From the NCBI RefSeq assembly GCF_001194135.2, contig NC_068988.1:67490647-67522811 (forward strand): a DNA stretch of 32,165 nt, written 5' to 3'. The position numbers and the translations under genes were made by a program. Below are positions 11,426 to 23,553 of the stretch, in pieces; position 1 is the stretch's first letter; every line of letters begins with the position of its first letter. Origin of the DNA: Octopus bimaculoides (Eukaryota). The notes beneath the pieces were generated by a model, which saw nothing but the letters and a program-made list of their open reading frames with translations, was not told the origin of the DNA and made no database searches.

Positions 11426-12399
11426 TTCTTATGATATTGTTCAATTAATTTTGATATATCATTTAAATATATTTTTAACATTGACATCTTCATAGAATTT
11501 GTAAATTAATTTCCTGGCATGTTACCTTTCGGTTAAAAGTAACCGAAATATTTTGATATTTTCCGATAGAAGAAACAGAAATCTGAAATACACTTATTCA
11601 ATGAGAAGTCCCATAACTGATTAGAAAAATTCTTACTACTTTAGCATAAAATCTCTAGTATGAAGTACGAAAACATGAACCTATACGTGATTCCTATGTC
11701 TGCTACATGCTGTATAATCACCAGAAAACATAGCTTACTATTTGAATAAAATATATAATCACTTTAATAATTTGTATTCTAACATTTAAAAAAATTATTA
11801 ATCTCATATTCGATATTTAAAAAACCTAATTTCTATCTTTTACTTTGCTTTAGTTCTCTTTATATAATCTTCTTTTTATCTTTTCTAATTAAAAAGTTTT
11901 ATGTCACTTTTATATTTTCTAATTGTTATACCTGCGTGTCATAATTTCAAATAACACTCACATTAATATCATATTTATTAGTTTCGGTAGTTTTTGTTTG
12001 TATACTACATATAAACCAAATATCCACAAATTTGTCAGTTTTCTCTGAAGAGATGAGAGTTGATAACATCTGGCCATGATGTAAGAAGAAAAGGCACGCC
12101 AAGAATGTATGCTTATGTATGTGCATAGGCATTGCACATAAAATGGTATTAGATATTAAGCTGTCCAATCGCAAAGAGAAAAGAAAACACATTCATTATG
12201 AATATACGTTTGAGACTTTTACATATTCTTTCTTTGTCGCTGTGTGTTTTCATATAGAACAGATTTTCTCTAAAATTCCGTGTTTTTGTTTCAAGGTGTA
12301 AAACCCTTTGCAAATTCCCTTTCAAGAATAATAAATGTTTTGTTAATCAGGCATAACATTAGCGCCGAACACATTATTTTCCCGTTGTGATTATTATAA

Positions 12400-12503
12400 C
12401 TTTTCGGGGTCGATTAAATTAAGCAGCAGTCAAATACTAGGCTCAATGTAATCGACTAAACTGCTACCCTTGAAATTGCTAGCATTGTACCAAAATTTGA
12501 CAC
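12400..12503 (+). mobile_element. SINE family 2, core/tail fragment
   Basis: ttttcggggtcgattaaattaagcagcagtc...aatcgact is the reverse complement of the core in 17456-17886. Confidence 0.65.
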
Positions 12504-12506
12504 ACA

Positions 12507-12539
12507 GTTGTTGTTGTTGTTGTTATTTGTTGTTATTGC

Positions 12540-12630
<91 letters not shown>

Positions 12631-12631
12631 T
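12507..12631. repeat. (GTT)n followed by a long (ATT)n
   Basis: Direct reading; explains the poly-Ile ORFs. Confidence 0.97.
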
Positions 12632-12906
12632 TATGTTTGACTTTTGTTTTGCATTTGTACAAGTTGTCTCCAAGTCTCACCCAGAAACCTCAAGAGACAA
12701 CAAGCTAGAAGTTCATGTAGGTGTTATGCCTAGGGTACCATTTATTTGGTTTTTTACATAGTGTTGTTCTAGAGAATGTTTAAGAAACCATAAGAACATT
12801 ATGTGTTTGTTTTAAAATCTGAGATCACATAGACAGTATTTTACGTAGGATATGGGCAGTTCCCATGAGCACTATCTTTTGAACTTCATCATTTTGGGGT
12901 TTCCTG

Positions 12907-12908
<2 letters not shown>
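12632..12908 (-). mobile_element. 5'-truncated R4/Dong-type non-LTR retrotransposon: ORF C-terminus plus 3'UTR
   Basis: Minus strand reads IPGNPKM/(frameshift)EVQKIVLMGTAHILRKILSM*, with the stop at 12825-12827. This is the QK..L.GTA.ILRK.L end typical of R4/Dong proteins. Flanked on both sides by (AAT)n. Confidence 0.8.
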
Positions 12909-12947
<39 letters not shown>

Positions 12948-12957
12948 GTCATTATTA
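12909..12957. repeat. (ATT)n microsatellite between two R4/Dong remnants
   Basis: Direct reading. Confidence 0.95.
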
Positions 12958-13565
12958 TTCGATTTGACACAGGTTTGTTCTTATTTCGAGTAGAATTTAT
13001 GCGAGTAGCGTATTGCTACGTGCAATCTTAGACATCCACAAGTTTTCAACAATCTTTCAAGTACTCAAAACCTTTCGGATAGTCTTTCCTAGCGCTTAGA
13101 CTCAACCTTACTTTAGAAGCTCTACAGGATATTCTGTTTCAATCTTCTTCACCAATTTGCCCATATCATTATTCACAGTTCCTATTGCACCAATTATTAC
13201 AGGCGCAGCCTTTACAGATTTCATATTCCAAACTCGCTCAATCTCAAATTTTATTGGATTGTGTTTCTTTACATTTTTCATCTTTTTTCTTTATAATCAT
13301 GGAACTAAACAGACACCCAGGATTAATTAATAAGAAACTTCGTTTTTCCTTGTCTATTATTATTATTATGTCTGATTTATTATTTTCTAGCTTCTTGTCC
13401 CTTTGAATAGGAAAATCCCATAAATTCTTACAGTGATCCAAATCAATCACTCTTTCAACCTGATGAAAGTACTTCCAGCTTCAAATCCCTAATTCCGATA
13501 GTTTGGTATTTGCTGATTTTCATGCCAGAATATTGCTTTCTTTGAGGTGGTCCCAAGTGAACCGA
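12958..13565 (-). mobile_element. Degenerate R4/Dong-type element: REL endonuclease domain plus 3'UTR
   Basis: HQVERVIDLDHCKNLWDFPIQRDKKLENNKSDIIIIIDKEKR (a decayed LWDF..TD..HNRPDI motif), then FEIERVWNMKSVKAAPVIIGAIGTV...IRKVLST*, stop at 13057-13059. Confidence 0.8.
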
Positions 13566-13714
13566 TAACGATAGGTATCACGCTCACGTTTGAGGCTCTA
13601 CGGGGGCGTTTCTCATCCACTTCCAAGTCTTGTTACTTTTCATTCTCTGTCTACACAATATTCCGAGTTGCAGGTATAGCAACGTCAATGAAGGTTCATT
13701 CTATGAATTCCTTC

Positions 13715-13763
13715 ATCGATCCAAATATTCGACTATTGCTTAATTTAATCGACCCCCAAAAGG
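13715..13763 (-). mobile_element. SINE family 2 core fragment
   Basis: atcgatccaaatattcgactattgcttaatttaatcgacccccaaaagg resembles the core at 17729-17780. Confidence 0.45.
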
Positions 13764-14189
13764 TGTAGGAACCACGGCGAAAAATATATGTTCGTTCACT
13801 TTTGATATTATGCATGCTTGACAGAGACATACCAGCACCACCTTCAACAACCCCAACATTAACAACACCATCATGACCATCACTACTACTATTATTCAGC
13901 CAACAGCACATACACCAGCAAATACATCATGCTCACAAAACGAAAACAACACCAAAAACAAACTTCACAAAGTATAACGCACTAGTGGAATACATACATA
14001 ATCACACAGACATCGCTCAGAGTCATTTCATAACACTAACATATAATACACTAACATACATAAAAATCATACAAATAACATAAAAACCATTAAACACCAT
14101 ACAAACACAAATACTGTGAAGAGGGTACGAATTTTAGAAAAAGCATTAACAAAACATTTTAAAAGCATAGCCTTGCTCAAAATAAGCAA

Positions 14190-16510
14190 GACATTAGCAC
14201 CCTAAATATGGATATTAGGACACTAAATATGGATGTCGTGGCTATCAGTGAGACCAGACTTACCAATCGGTAAGCGTTCGTCCCCATTTTCGATGAATAC
14301 TAGGTTAACTTATCTCCATGTCAAGTGGAAATAAGGGATGGAATTGCAGTTTTATGTAAGCGTCTGGACTTCAAGATAAGAGTTATCTATCCTAGATTTG
14401 AACAGCAACGACGGAGTTGCATCCAAACTGGTGGCTGTTTATGCTCCGTCACTGGCAGTCAAATTTCTTCAGACGTCTGGAGTTTTTCAGGAGAACGTAT
14501 GACATTTAGTGTCAATGGGTGACTAGAACACCATCTTGGGCGCAGGTTTAAACTGCTTGGGGCTAGCTGTTAGCATGTTGGATACAAATGCCTCACAAGT
14601 TTGCTCAGACGTTTTCAGCTGTCTGATAACTACCGAACGGATTTCCGAGATGTGTCAGTTTGAACATGGACGAACTGCAACGGCTCATCTTCGTCCTATT
14701 TAGATAGAATTGTTCGTGGACCAGATCATAAGGACAGCATGAGTTGTCCACATTTTAAAATCGACAGCTACAAATTTGTGACTTAGGCTTCGTAGACAGG
14801 GACCTGGCTATTGAAATCTGAACAAGTCATCCCAGGTGTGGCAAGTATACAGCGTAATAGTTTAGCAAGTGTTGATGGGAATGACCTTCAGCAACAAAAA
14901 GCTTGCCTTTAAAAGGACAATTAGGGTAGAGTCGATTAAGTTTGGTAAAGGCATCAGAGATAGAAACATATAGAAAATAAGATAACATAAAATCTTAGAA
15001 GAAGTGCTTAGGAAAGTTATCGCAATCGACTTACTGGCGACGTGATTGACCCTGGACCACTTCTTTCACGCTACGTTCGAAGGCTGCATTGTTAGAGCTA
15101 AAGCACGAGCTCTAAGAAACGAAGGAACGAAAGCTGCTCGATAAGTCCATGTGACAGAGGTGTAACGTGAAAACAAAGTCACAATCGTGTTTTGTTGTGA
15201 ACCAAACTGGGTGAATGGCACTTGAACCAGAGCACATGTGAGCGGCATTTCAGCAACTCTTCGTTTGACTATTTGTGGGGAATGGCAGTTCTGAATGCAG
15301 GATGAACCTCAGTGTTTACTTCTACAACTCTCAGAAAGGGAGGCGGATCGTTTCTTGAAGCCGATAATAGGCGCAAAAATTTGGAATGCGACGATGGGCT
15401 TCCCTGGGTAGAACTCCTGGTTTAAATGGTTTGCCATACGAGAGTTACGTTTGTATGCCAGACGTGTTCGGCGCTCACTTAACAAATGTTTACCGCAACT
15501 GGCTGCAAAATAGGGAGACTCTACTTCTCTGAGTCGAGGAGAGGTAGCACTGCAATGAAAGCTCCAGACAAGGAGACACAAGTAGAAAATGTTAGACGCA
15601 TAACGCTGCTGAACGTAAATTTCAAAATGTTGGCCAAGGGTGTTGGAGAATAGGTCGGGGATTGTAATCGAGGAGCTTATTGGTGATGTGAAAACGTTCA
15701 CCATCCTAAACAGATCCATCCACCTCATGCGATACATCATAATCAGGGTGGTTGAAGAAGCTGTGAGTGGTGGGTGCTGATCAATTTGAATAATGTGAAA
15801 TCATTCGATAGGATAGACAAATGATGATTGGCGACAGTTCCCAGGGCAGCCGATTTCTCACCTGTTTTCCGTGTGTGGATCGCTGCGATATACAGCAACA
15901 TGTGCTTTGTAGCTCAGGTGAATAGTTACCCATGGCATCTATTTTGCATCATTCGCTCGATCCATCAAGGGTTTCCCTTTTCTTCTGTTACGTCTGTGAC
16001 TAGAGCCACTATTGCGGAAATTGGAGATACTAAGATGCGAATTAGAGCATGGAAGGACCGTGTCGCCATAAATTCGAATACCAGAAACATCGATCTGATC
16101 TGAACTTTTCGACGAGACGGTGACAGTAACAAAACTAACCAAAATTGTCAGTGGGAGTGCAGCTCGGAACATGGCGAGGGAGGTCCATGCTGCATTATAA
16201 CATCATGGGGTGCTGGACTGATAGATCGGTTAATGTGCCTGATCTCCAGGTAGAGAAGAACTGCGACGAGGTGACGATGCATACATCACCACTGTCATAT
16301 ATCACTGCATGTCCGCAATGCTTCTGCCTCATTTTAAGTCTCATTAAACTGGAGCACATAGTCTTCAGCTTTCTGTGGAGGGGACGTGTTACACTGGTCA
16401 GGCGTCCCATTCCTTGTTAACATCCGCCGAATGGAGGAGTTGGAATGCCGCTGTTGCTGACGCGATGACACGCACAGAGAATACTAAACCTGTAGGGCTT
16501 ACTTCATGGT
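14190..16510 (+). mobile_element. Degenerate Tx1/L1-type LINE ORF2 (APE endonuclease plus RT)
   Basis: APE motifs: DVVAISETRL, GIAVL, LVAVYAP, MGD*N and WTNCNGSSSSYLDRI. RT motifs: GRTPGLNGLPYESY (about 15407-15448), RRITLLNVNFKMLAK, LINLNNVKSFDRID, RSIHQGFP and LEPLLRKLE. Then FLWRG...HPPNGGVGMP. Many stops and frameshifts; the YADD motif appears deleted. Confidence 0.85.
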
Positions 16511-16519
16511 GAAGAGATG

Positions 16520-16710
<191 letters not shown>

Positions 16711-17455
16711 ACAGGAAAGATACGCATGTATGGATATCATGGAGTGGAGTCTACTTGAAATTTCGATATAATAATCGTAAACATATTTCATGACACCTCA
16801 GAAGCCAAATCGATAGGTTTTTTCCCCCCAATAACACCTGATAGGCGTTCGAAATATACACAATGCGTTGTTTTTGCACGTGTAGTATCTTTACCAATTT
16901 TTCAATATATTCGTAGCATGACAACATTTTTAGTCAAATCTTGTTTAAATGTCACCAAAATTAACGGAATAACTGTTAATGAAACCAACTGTAGACTATA
17001 AGTCGCTACTAAATATATACATGAGCATATTCTTTCCCAATGACTTTGTCTAAAATTGTGTAGTTGGAACTTTGTCTCATTTTCAGTTAGCCGATTATTG
17101 AAAATTTCTATAGTCTCATATTCCTTTTCCAATTATTTTAGTCGTTCCTCATGCGGTTTGCAAACTACTTATACGCAGAAAAACTGCATCATCCGAACAA
17201 TAGACTAACCTGAAAAAGTTGTGTGGTAACAGATGGAGACTTGTTTGATACACATGAATGAGATTGCCTTTGTGAAGTAATTTGGTCTACAAGATATATC
17301 AGCCACATATTCTTCAACCACTTTAATTATGGAAAACGTAGGCATATTTATGTTATGCATACATACAAAATCACCAAAGCTTGGATGCATTTCGCTTCAG
17401 TTTTCTTCAATTACAGACACAACACAAACCACCAACCAAAACGTTCTAGTTTATT

Positions 17456-17886
17456 CTTTTCTACGCTAGGCACAAGGCTCGAATTTTTTGGGGACGTGGC
17501 CAGTCGATTAGATTGGCCCCCAGTACGCAACTGGTATTTAATTTATCGACTTCAAAAGCATAAAAGGCAAAGTCGACCTCGGAAGAATTTGAACTCAGAA
17601 CGTAAAGACAGACGAAATACCGCTAAGTATTTCGCCGGTGTGCTAATGTTTCTTATTTCTTTGTTGCCCACAAAGGGATACACACAGAGGAGACAAAGAA
17701 GGACAGACGAACGGATTAAGTTGATTATATCGACCCTAGTGCGTAACTAGTACTTATTTAATCGACCCCGAAAGGATAAAAGGTAAAGCCGACCTTGGTG
17801 GAATTTGAACTCAGAACGTAGTGGCAAGCGAAATACCGATAAGTATTTAGCCCGGTGTGTTAACGTTTCTGCCAACACGCCGCCTT
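17456..17886 (-). mobile_element. Dimeric tRNA-derived SINE (family 2) with 16-bp target-site duplication
   Basis: Two related monomers (17456-17652 and 17653-17886) share gaatttgaactcagaacgta and the atcgacccc...aaagtcgacct core. Flanked by AACGTTCTAGTTTATT (17440-17455) and AACGTTCCAGTTTATT (17887-17902). Confidence 0.9.
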
Positions 17887-18924
17887 AACGTTCCAGTTTA
17901 TTAAATTTAACTGATAGCTGCATCTTGAGATACAAGCATAAATAAAAAAAAAATGCATATTGACAGATAAGTGTAACGACGAGAATCTAGGATCTAGTAT
18001 CACTTGTATAGTTGGTGATTATTAGTAATACACTAATACCAAAGAATATGCGACGGTATCAGTAAAAAGCTAAGCTAAAATATATATCTTATTTCTTTGC
18101 TCCACGCAAAGAGAATGAAACCAGAGATCACATGGTTGCAAAGAAGTTTCTAAATGACCGAGCCATTTTTTCACCGATGCCGTATCTACGCCTTTGGCAG
18201 CATTTAGTAATGTTTGTGTCTGATTTCGAATCCCATTTAAGCTGATGAGTGTGTAAATAAATGATGGTATTTGAAGTAACGTCGACCTCGTTCACTATCA
18301 TTCTCCCATACGCAATTACGCGGATGTTTATCTAAATATAATCAATATACAGTAAAATGCAACCAAATTATCAATAATCCAATATGATTTACAAGTGAAT
18401 ATATACAAGGTCGGATGTGTTGAATACGGTATGACCTCTCATAGATCACAAATGAATGGCTTCCATTAAAGCATTTGTGCATTTATTTCATAGATGTTTC
18501 GATGACATGTGAATACTGTTCGAACATTTCGTTCATTCAAACAGACATTATACGGCATCTATTGAAACATAACTTTTCTGATGTGAGGATATCTATCATC
18601 TCTATGGAATCATTTCTATGAAAGATACGAGGCGATATTATCGGGTAAACCTTCGTTTCAAAAGTAATTCTGCCCAACGCTAAAAACAGAACTAAACGTA
18701 CAATATTCAAATATAGATAGTAAATCTAAAAACATGGAGTGTATCAAATATCAATCAGATTTAATATGGGGAATATTCATTTTATAGCAAAAACAGCTTA
18801 AATACATAAGTCAATATAAAGATTATCTATGTTGTCGTGTAACTGCGGCATATGACTATGGCAATTTGAGCAGGTCTTTATCGTTGTATAATAATGTAAA
18901 ACGATACCAATGTCTCAAATATTA

Positions 18925-18925
18925 C

Positions 18926-18984
<59 letters not shown>

Positions 18985-18994
18985 NNNNNNNNNN
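18925..18994. repeat. (CA)n microsatellite ending in a 10-N gap
   Basis: Direct reading. Confidence 0.95.
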
Positions 18995-20149
18995 TACATA
19001 CAAACATTTGAATCACATTATAACTAATATAGGCTCATAAAAATACATAAAACGAAGCAATATACGATATTGTAAGATGATTAAGTATGCCCCCTTTAGT
19101 ATGAAGAACCTAGTTACCTGTGGGTTAGCATGTTTCAAGTAGTGGGCTAAAAAATAATGTTTGATTAACTGAAATGATATCCTAAACAAAAAGATAAGGA
19201 AATTAGCTTTAATTATAATTCCCTCGGGGAAGCAAGGGAGAGAACTCAGAAACTTAAATTGAATAAAAGTTATATGGTGACATGCAATGGGAAATTTGTT
19301 TAAACTTTGATGAATACAGTGATTTAACTCAACATATTTGAAATTATATAAAATTACTAAATGATCAATAGAATGAACGTGATAAACTAATTTGCAGTCG
19401 ATTGTTTGATTTATTTGCATTGAATACAATTATTAGCGCATCAGAAACACGGACTTATTACGTGTATTGCTGAAGGCTGTTTATTTATCTAAAGAGAAAA
19501 AATACTCACAACAAAATAAGCCTTATCAAGCTGGAATACAGAGAAAGAAATATCTTTCAATTATTGTCAATATTGACCTATTATCTTCCCAGCTTGTTTT
19601 GCAAAACACGACATATCATACGTTGTAGACGAGATCATCATCAGGTAACATGTGTTTGCTTTATGCCATCGAGTAAACATAAAGTTCATTGTTTGTATTA
19701 GCTAGTCAACGAACAAGAACAAGTAGTATAATTCTAGGCACTTAAACATTGTATTAAAACCCATTTACTGCCATGACAGTTAAATGAGCTGTGCTATACT
19801 TTCCAATCGGTATCTCAGTTTGTTCTATATCTATGTCCCCTGTTATTTGTGCGACTTCGACCAGTCTAGGTACGTTGTGGGTAATGGAAATTTTATCGCA
19901 TAGTTTCGCTAATTTTTAACCATACATGCTCTATTTCTCAGTTTCGTCTCTTTACGGAGATGTCCTATGAGGTGTGGCTTTGGTTTTAACTCTCACTACA
20001 TGTGTTATTTGCTAATCCTATCATGAGTATATGGGGAGCAATAAAAGCTATGTTTCAAATTATCCAGTTATGAAATGTATTAGGTCAAATGAGGCACAAA
20101 CACGAATGAAAAGCAAACACAAACGAGGTACATACAAAACATATTTTTT

Positions 20150-21650
20150 TGGCTCTTCAACGCTGATCTCGAATAATTTATCTGCATATTTAGTATCTTA
20201 ACGCTTTGTTCTTGAAGAAGAGCGCTGCATCTATAGCCCTGGATAGGCCATGTGGAATTCACGAGTTTGATGTCCTACTTCAATATTTTCAAGTTGACAT
20301 ACTAGCAGTAAAACTAACAGGGGATCTCGAAAGCTAACATCATACAGAAGAAAGGAACTCGGACAGGGTTATTAATATTGGCGGCTTGGGTATAGACACA
20401 ACGTAAGTGAGAAGAACAGGGGCTGGTAAAGTTGGGAGGGCCTAACTGGTAGTGGGATAAGAACTTGTAAATCTGTGGTACAGAATCAGTAAAAAATGCC
20501 GAGTGAAGAGATAAAGGGTCTGGGGTTTTAATAAAGAGGTGGGTTGGTGATCAACTTCATATTAGCCTGTTCAAAGGTTCAAAATATTTGAATATATTAA
20601 TACATATGCAGTTCTGCAGAATGATGGAAATATGATGGAGGTCTGATCATAAAATTGTGGAAATATAGCAAATATTAATGTTAGACAGATTTTGTAGATT
20701 ATGAAGTGTAATACAGTATGAAAATATTTGGAGAACAATATGAAATTATTTCAAGCAATTAAGCGGGCAATACGCTTACGTTTTATGCAGAAATTCAAGA
20801 AATTCACAATACAGGAATTTATGATATGACTTCGGGAAACTAGCCGTCAAACACTCAGAATGTGTGAAAGTAATAATCAAAATATACAATAAATGTCATT
20901 TTTAGAGTTCCTGTTCAGAACTTAATTTAAATGATAGATTATATGACCACTATTTCATTGATATATATTTTGCATGAACAAGTCAATCATGATTTCATTT
21001 CCTCATTTATCATTTTGCAATTAAAACATATGATCTTATCTAGAATACAAATGAATCAATATTTGTACTCCAGAGTAGATATGCATCTATTAGCAAATGC
21101 TCCGATGTAACATAAATGTATCGATCTTTAATGTATAGCAAAACGATTTATCTTCTGACACGATGACGTAATTACTAAAATGTCTGCAGTTTCATGTTGA
21201 AACGTGATATAACAATATATAACAATATAACAATATATAGTAATGTATATATTGGAAGAACACAAGAGTATTAACATGTAAAGGCTTGCATTTGTCCCCT
21301 GCTGGTTCTCCAATACCGAGTTGATTGTCGTATTTAACATTTTCTCTTGAAATCAACGGTTGAAGGAGAAATTAAAGGATGTGAGGTACTAAAGGCCTAC
21401 ATACTTAGACGGTGGTGGGAAAAAGGTGAGTAGGGACTGGTGAAAGCCTTGAAGTTAGACACGATATTGGTAATGATGGACCGAGACATTAGTGGGATAT
21501 GTATATCAGGTTTTAGGCAGTATGAGACAAGCAAGCGCCGAATAATAAACACCATTTAGGTAGGTGTAGAAGAGGTATCCAGTTCATCAACAGGGTTTTG
21601 TGCAAAGGATTGAAAATGAAGTAACAAGATGAGTGGGAAAAAAATATTGT
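20150..21650 (-). mobile_element. Highly decayed CR1/L2-like LINE pieces (about 21330-21650 and 20150-20580)
   Basis: G-rich plus-strand patches. The minus strand gives DELDTSSTPT and SRSIITNIVSNFK (resembling the APE C-terminal S-SDH region), then YVVSIPKP and ITLSEF (resembling RT V..IPK and PI.L.S) in the expected order. Confidence 0.4.
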
Positions 21651-21846
21651 GAAAGAAATTCAACGCTTACGGAGAAAAATATTTACAAATATATTTATGT
21701 TTTATAATTTTAGCAGCAAGTTAACTTACACGTCTTCAAAATGACATAATGAAAATTTCAAGAAAAATATGACCAAAATCGTCTCCACAAGTACATCTCT
21801 TCTCAGCAAAAATTCGTTGAACGTTTTATAAAATAAAACGAAGCTT

Positions 21847-21880
21847 ACCTGCAAAAGAAAGAAAAGAGGAATTTAGTCAA
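21847..21880 (-). other. 3' splice site immediately followed by a 5' splice site (candidate recursive splice site)
   Basis: Minus strand reads tgactaaattcctcttttctttcttttgcag|gtaagc, junction at 21849/21848. Confidence 0.5.
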
Positions 21881-21989
21881 AAGACAGACGAAAGTACAAT
21901 TACAAAATATATATGCTTCTAAGAAATTAGGTCATACCTACACACGCTCACATACGCACACATTAGCATATACAAATACGAAACTGTTA

Positions 21990-22046
21990 CACGCAGGCAC
22001 GCACAAACACACGCACACGCGCACGCAACCTTATGCATATATGTAA

Positions 22047-22087
<41 letters not shown>

Positions 22088-22372
22088 GCTAAAATTAATA
22101 GAGGGACAAAAGACGAAGACAGCTGTATGAACAAGCGGATGTATTAGTTTGACGCTATATATGTGTTAGACGTGAGAAGGTTCATATATACATACCGAGA
22201 GAGAAGAGAGAGAGGTAGGCAGGTTGATAGATACACGCACGCATACATACATACAAATAGAAACATACATACATACAAATACATACATACATACATACAA
22301 ATACATATATACATACATACATACATACAAACATAAATGCATACATACATACATACATACATACATATTTAC
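21990..22372. repeat. Compound microsatellite cluster: (CA/CG), (TA)n, (GA)n, (ACAT)n
   Basis: Direct reading. Confidence 0.9.
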
Positions 22373-23012
22373 CCACGTTTCAATATGATGTGTATAGGTA
22401 CTTGTTTACTATTTTCAGCTGGTCAGTCCTCCACATAACTGTTCCTTTATAGATTTTTAATTAATTTGTTTTCTGTGTTGCTGTTTACTCCGATTTCAAA
22501 CCAAATGGGACAGATTTATGACGGAAAAAACACCAAGAAAGACAACTCCGTCTTTTCATTTCTATTTATGGCTTCACTAGCTGATTTCTCAACTAATTAT
22601 TTTCAAAGCAATAGGGATCTCAAGCTTCGTCCTTGCTATATTTATAACATTGATTTCTCTGTCGAGATTCCCTTATTTGATCTTATTTAATTAAGCCAGA
22701 CAACGATTTATCTAATGGCGAATATAATCAATGATAATTAATCTTGTGTGAGATTCAAGAATCAAATTTGAAGTTACATACAAGGTTATTGGTAAAACAA
22801 CATACTTGTGAAGACATCTTTATTGGAAACTGCCGATATCACAAGAAACTTAAATCCTTGCTATTTATATGTATATATATATATGAGCATATATGTATGT
22901 GTCTGTGTGCGTTTGCACATACACACTTACAGACATATAATTATATGTATACAGGTATATAAATGTAAATATAAAGAATGTTTTCAAGCACAACGCCAGC
23001 AATATCTAAGAC

Positions 23013-23190
23013 GGGGCTAAGTCGATTACGTCGAACCCTGGATGCAACGGGTATTTATTTTATCAACTCTGAAAGGATGAAAGCTAGAGTTAACCTCTAA
23101 GTGGAATTTGAACTCAGAATCTACAGACAACAAACGAAATGCCGCTAAGTATTGAGTCCCGCGTGCCAACGGTTCTACCAGTTCGCCGCG
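23013..23190 (-). mobile_element. Diverged monomeric SINE, family 2
   Basis: gtggaatttgaactcagaa...gaaatgccgctaagtatt...gccaacggttctaccagttcgccgc matches 17720-17886. Confidence 0.8.
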
Positions 23191-23244
23191 CAAAATACAA
23201 ATATAAATACAACCACATATCAAGGATATGTATTTCTTCCTATC

Positions 23245-23553
23245 CTCTTACCTGCCTACCTACCTACCTACCTGCCTACCTACCTACTTGTCTGTCTGTC
23301 TGTCTCCAAATATTTATAGGGATACATAGGTAAATCATTAGAAAGAGAGAGAGAGAGCGAGAGAGAGTGACAGACAGATATTCGGACTGATAGATGCATG
23401 GATACATAGGTAGATTGACACAGGGATAGATAGATAAATAGGTAGATAAATACATAGATAAATGGATAGATAGATAGATACGTACATACATGCATGAATA
23501 CATGCATGCGTGCATACATACATACATACATACATACATACATACATACATAC
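23245..23553. repeat. Compound tetranucleotide cluster: (CTAC)n, (GTCT)n, (GA)n, (GATA)n, (CATA)n
   Basis: Direct reading. Confidence 0.92.

Noticed and set aside
12456-12708. Poly-Ile, poly-Lys, poly-Thr and MYVC-type ORFs, also at 16504-16793, 22144-22376, 23276-23636, 25377-25643 and 26840-27145
   Set aside because: Translations of microsatellites.
19013-19429. 138-aa minus-strand ORF
   Set aside because: Composition typical of chance AT-rich ORFs; only the internal 64-nt segment has splice support.
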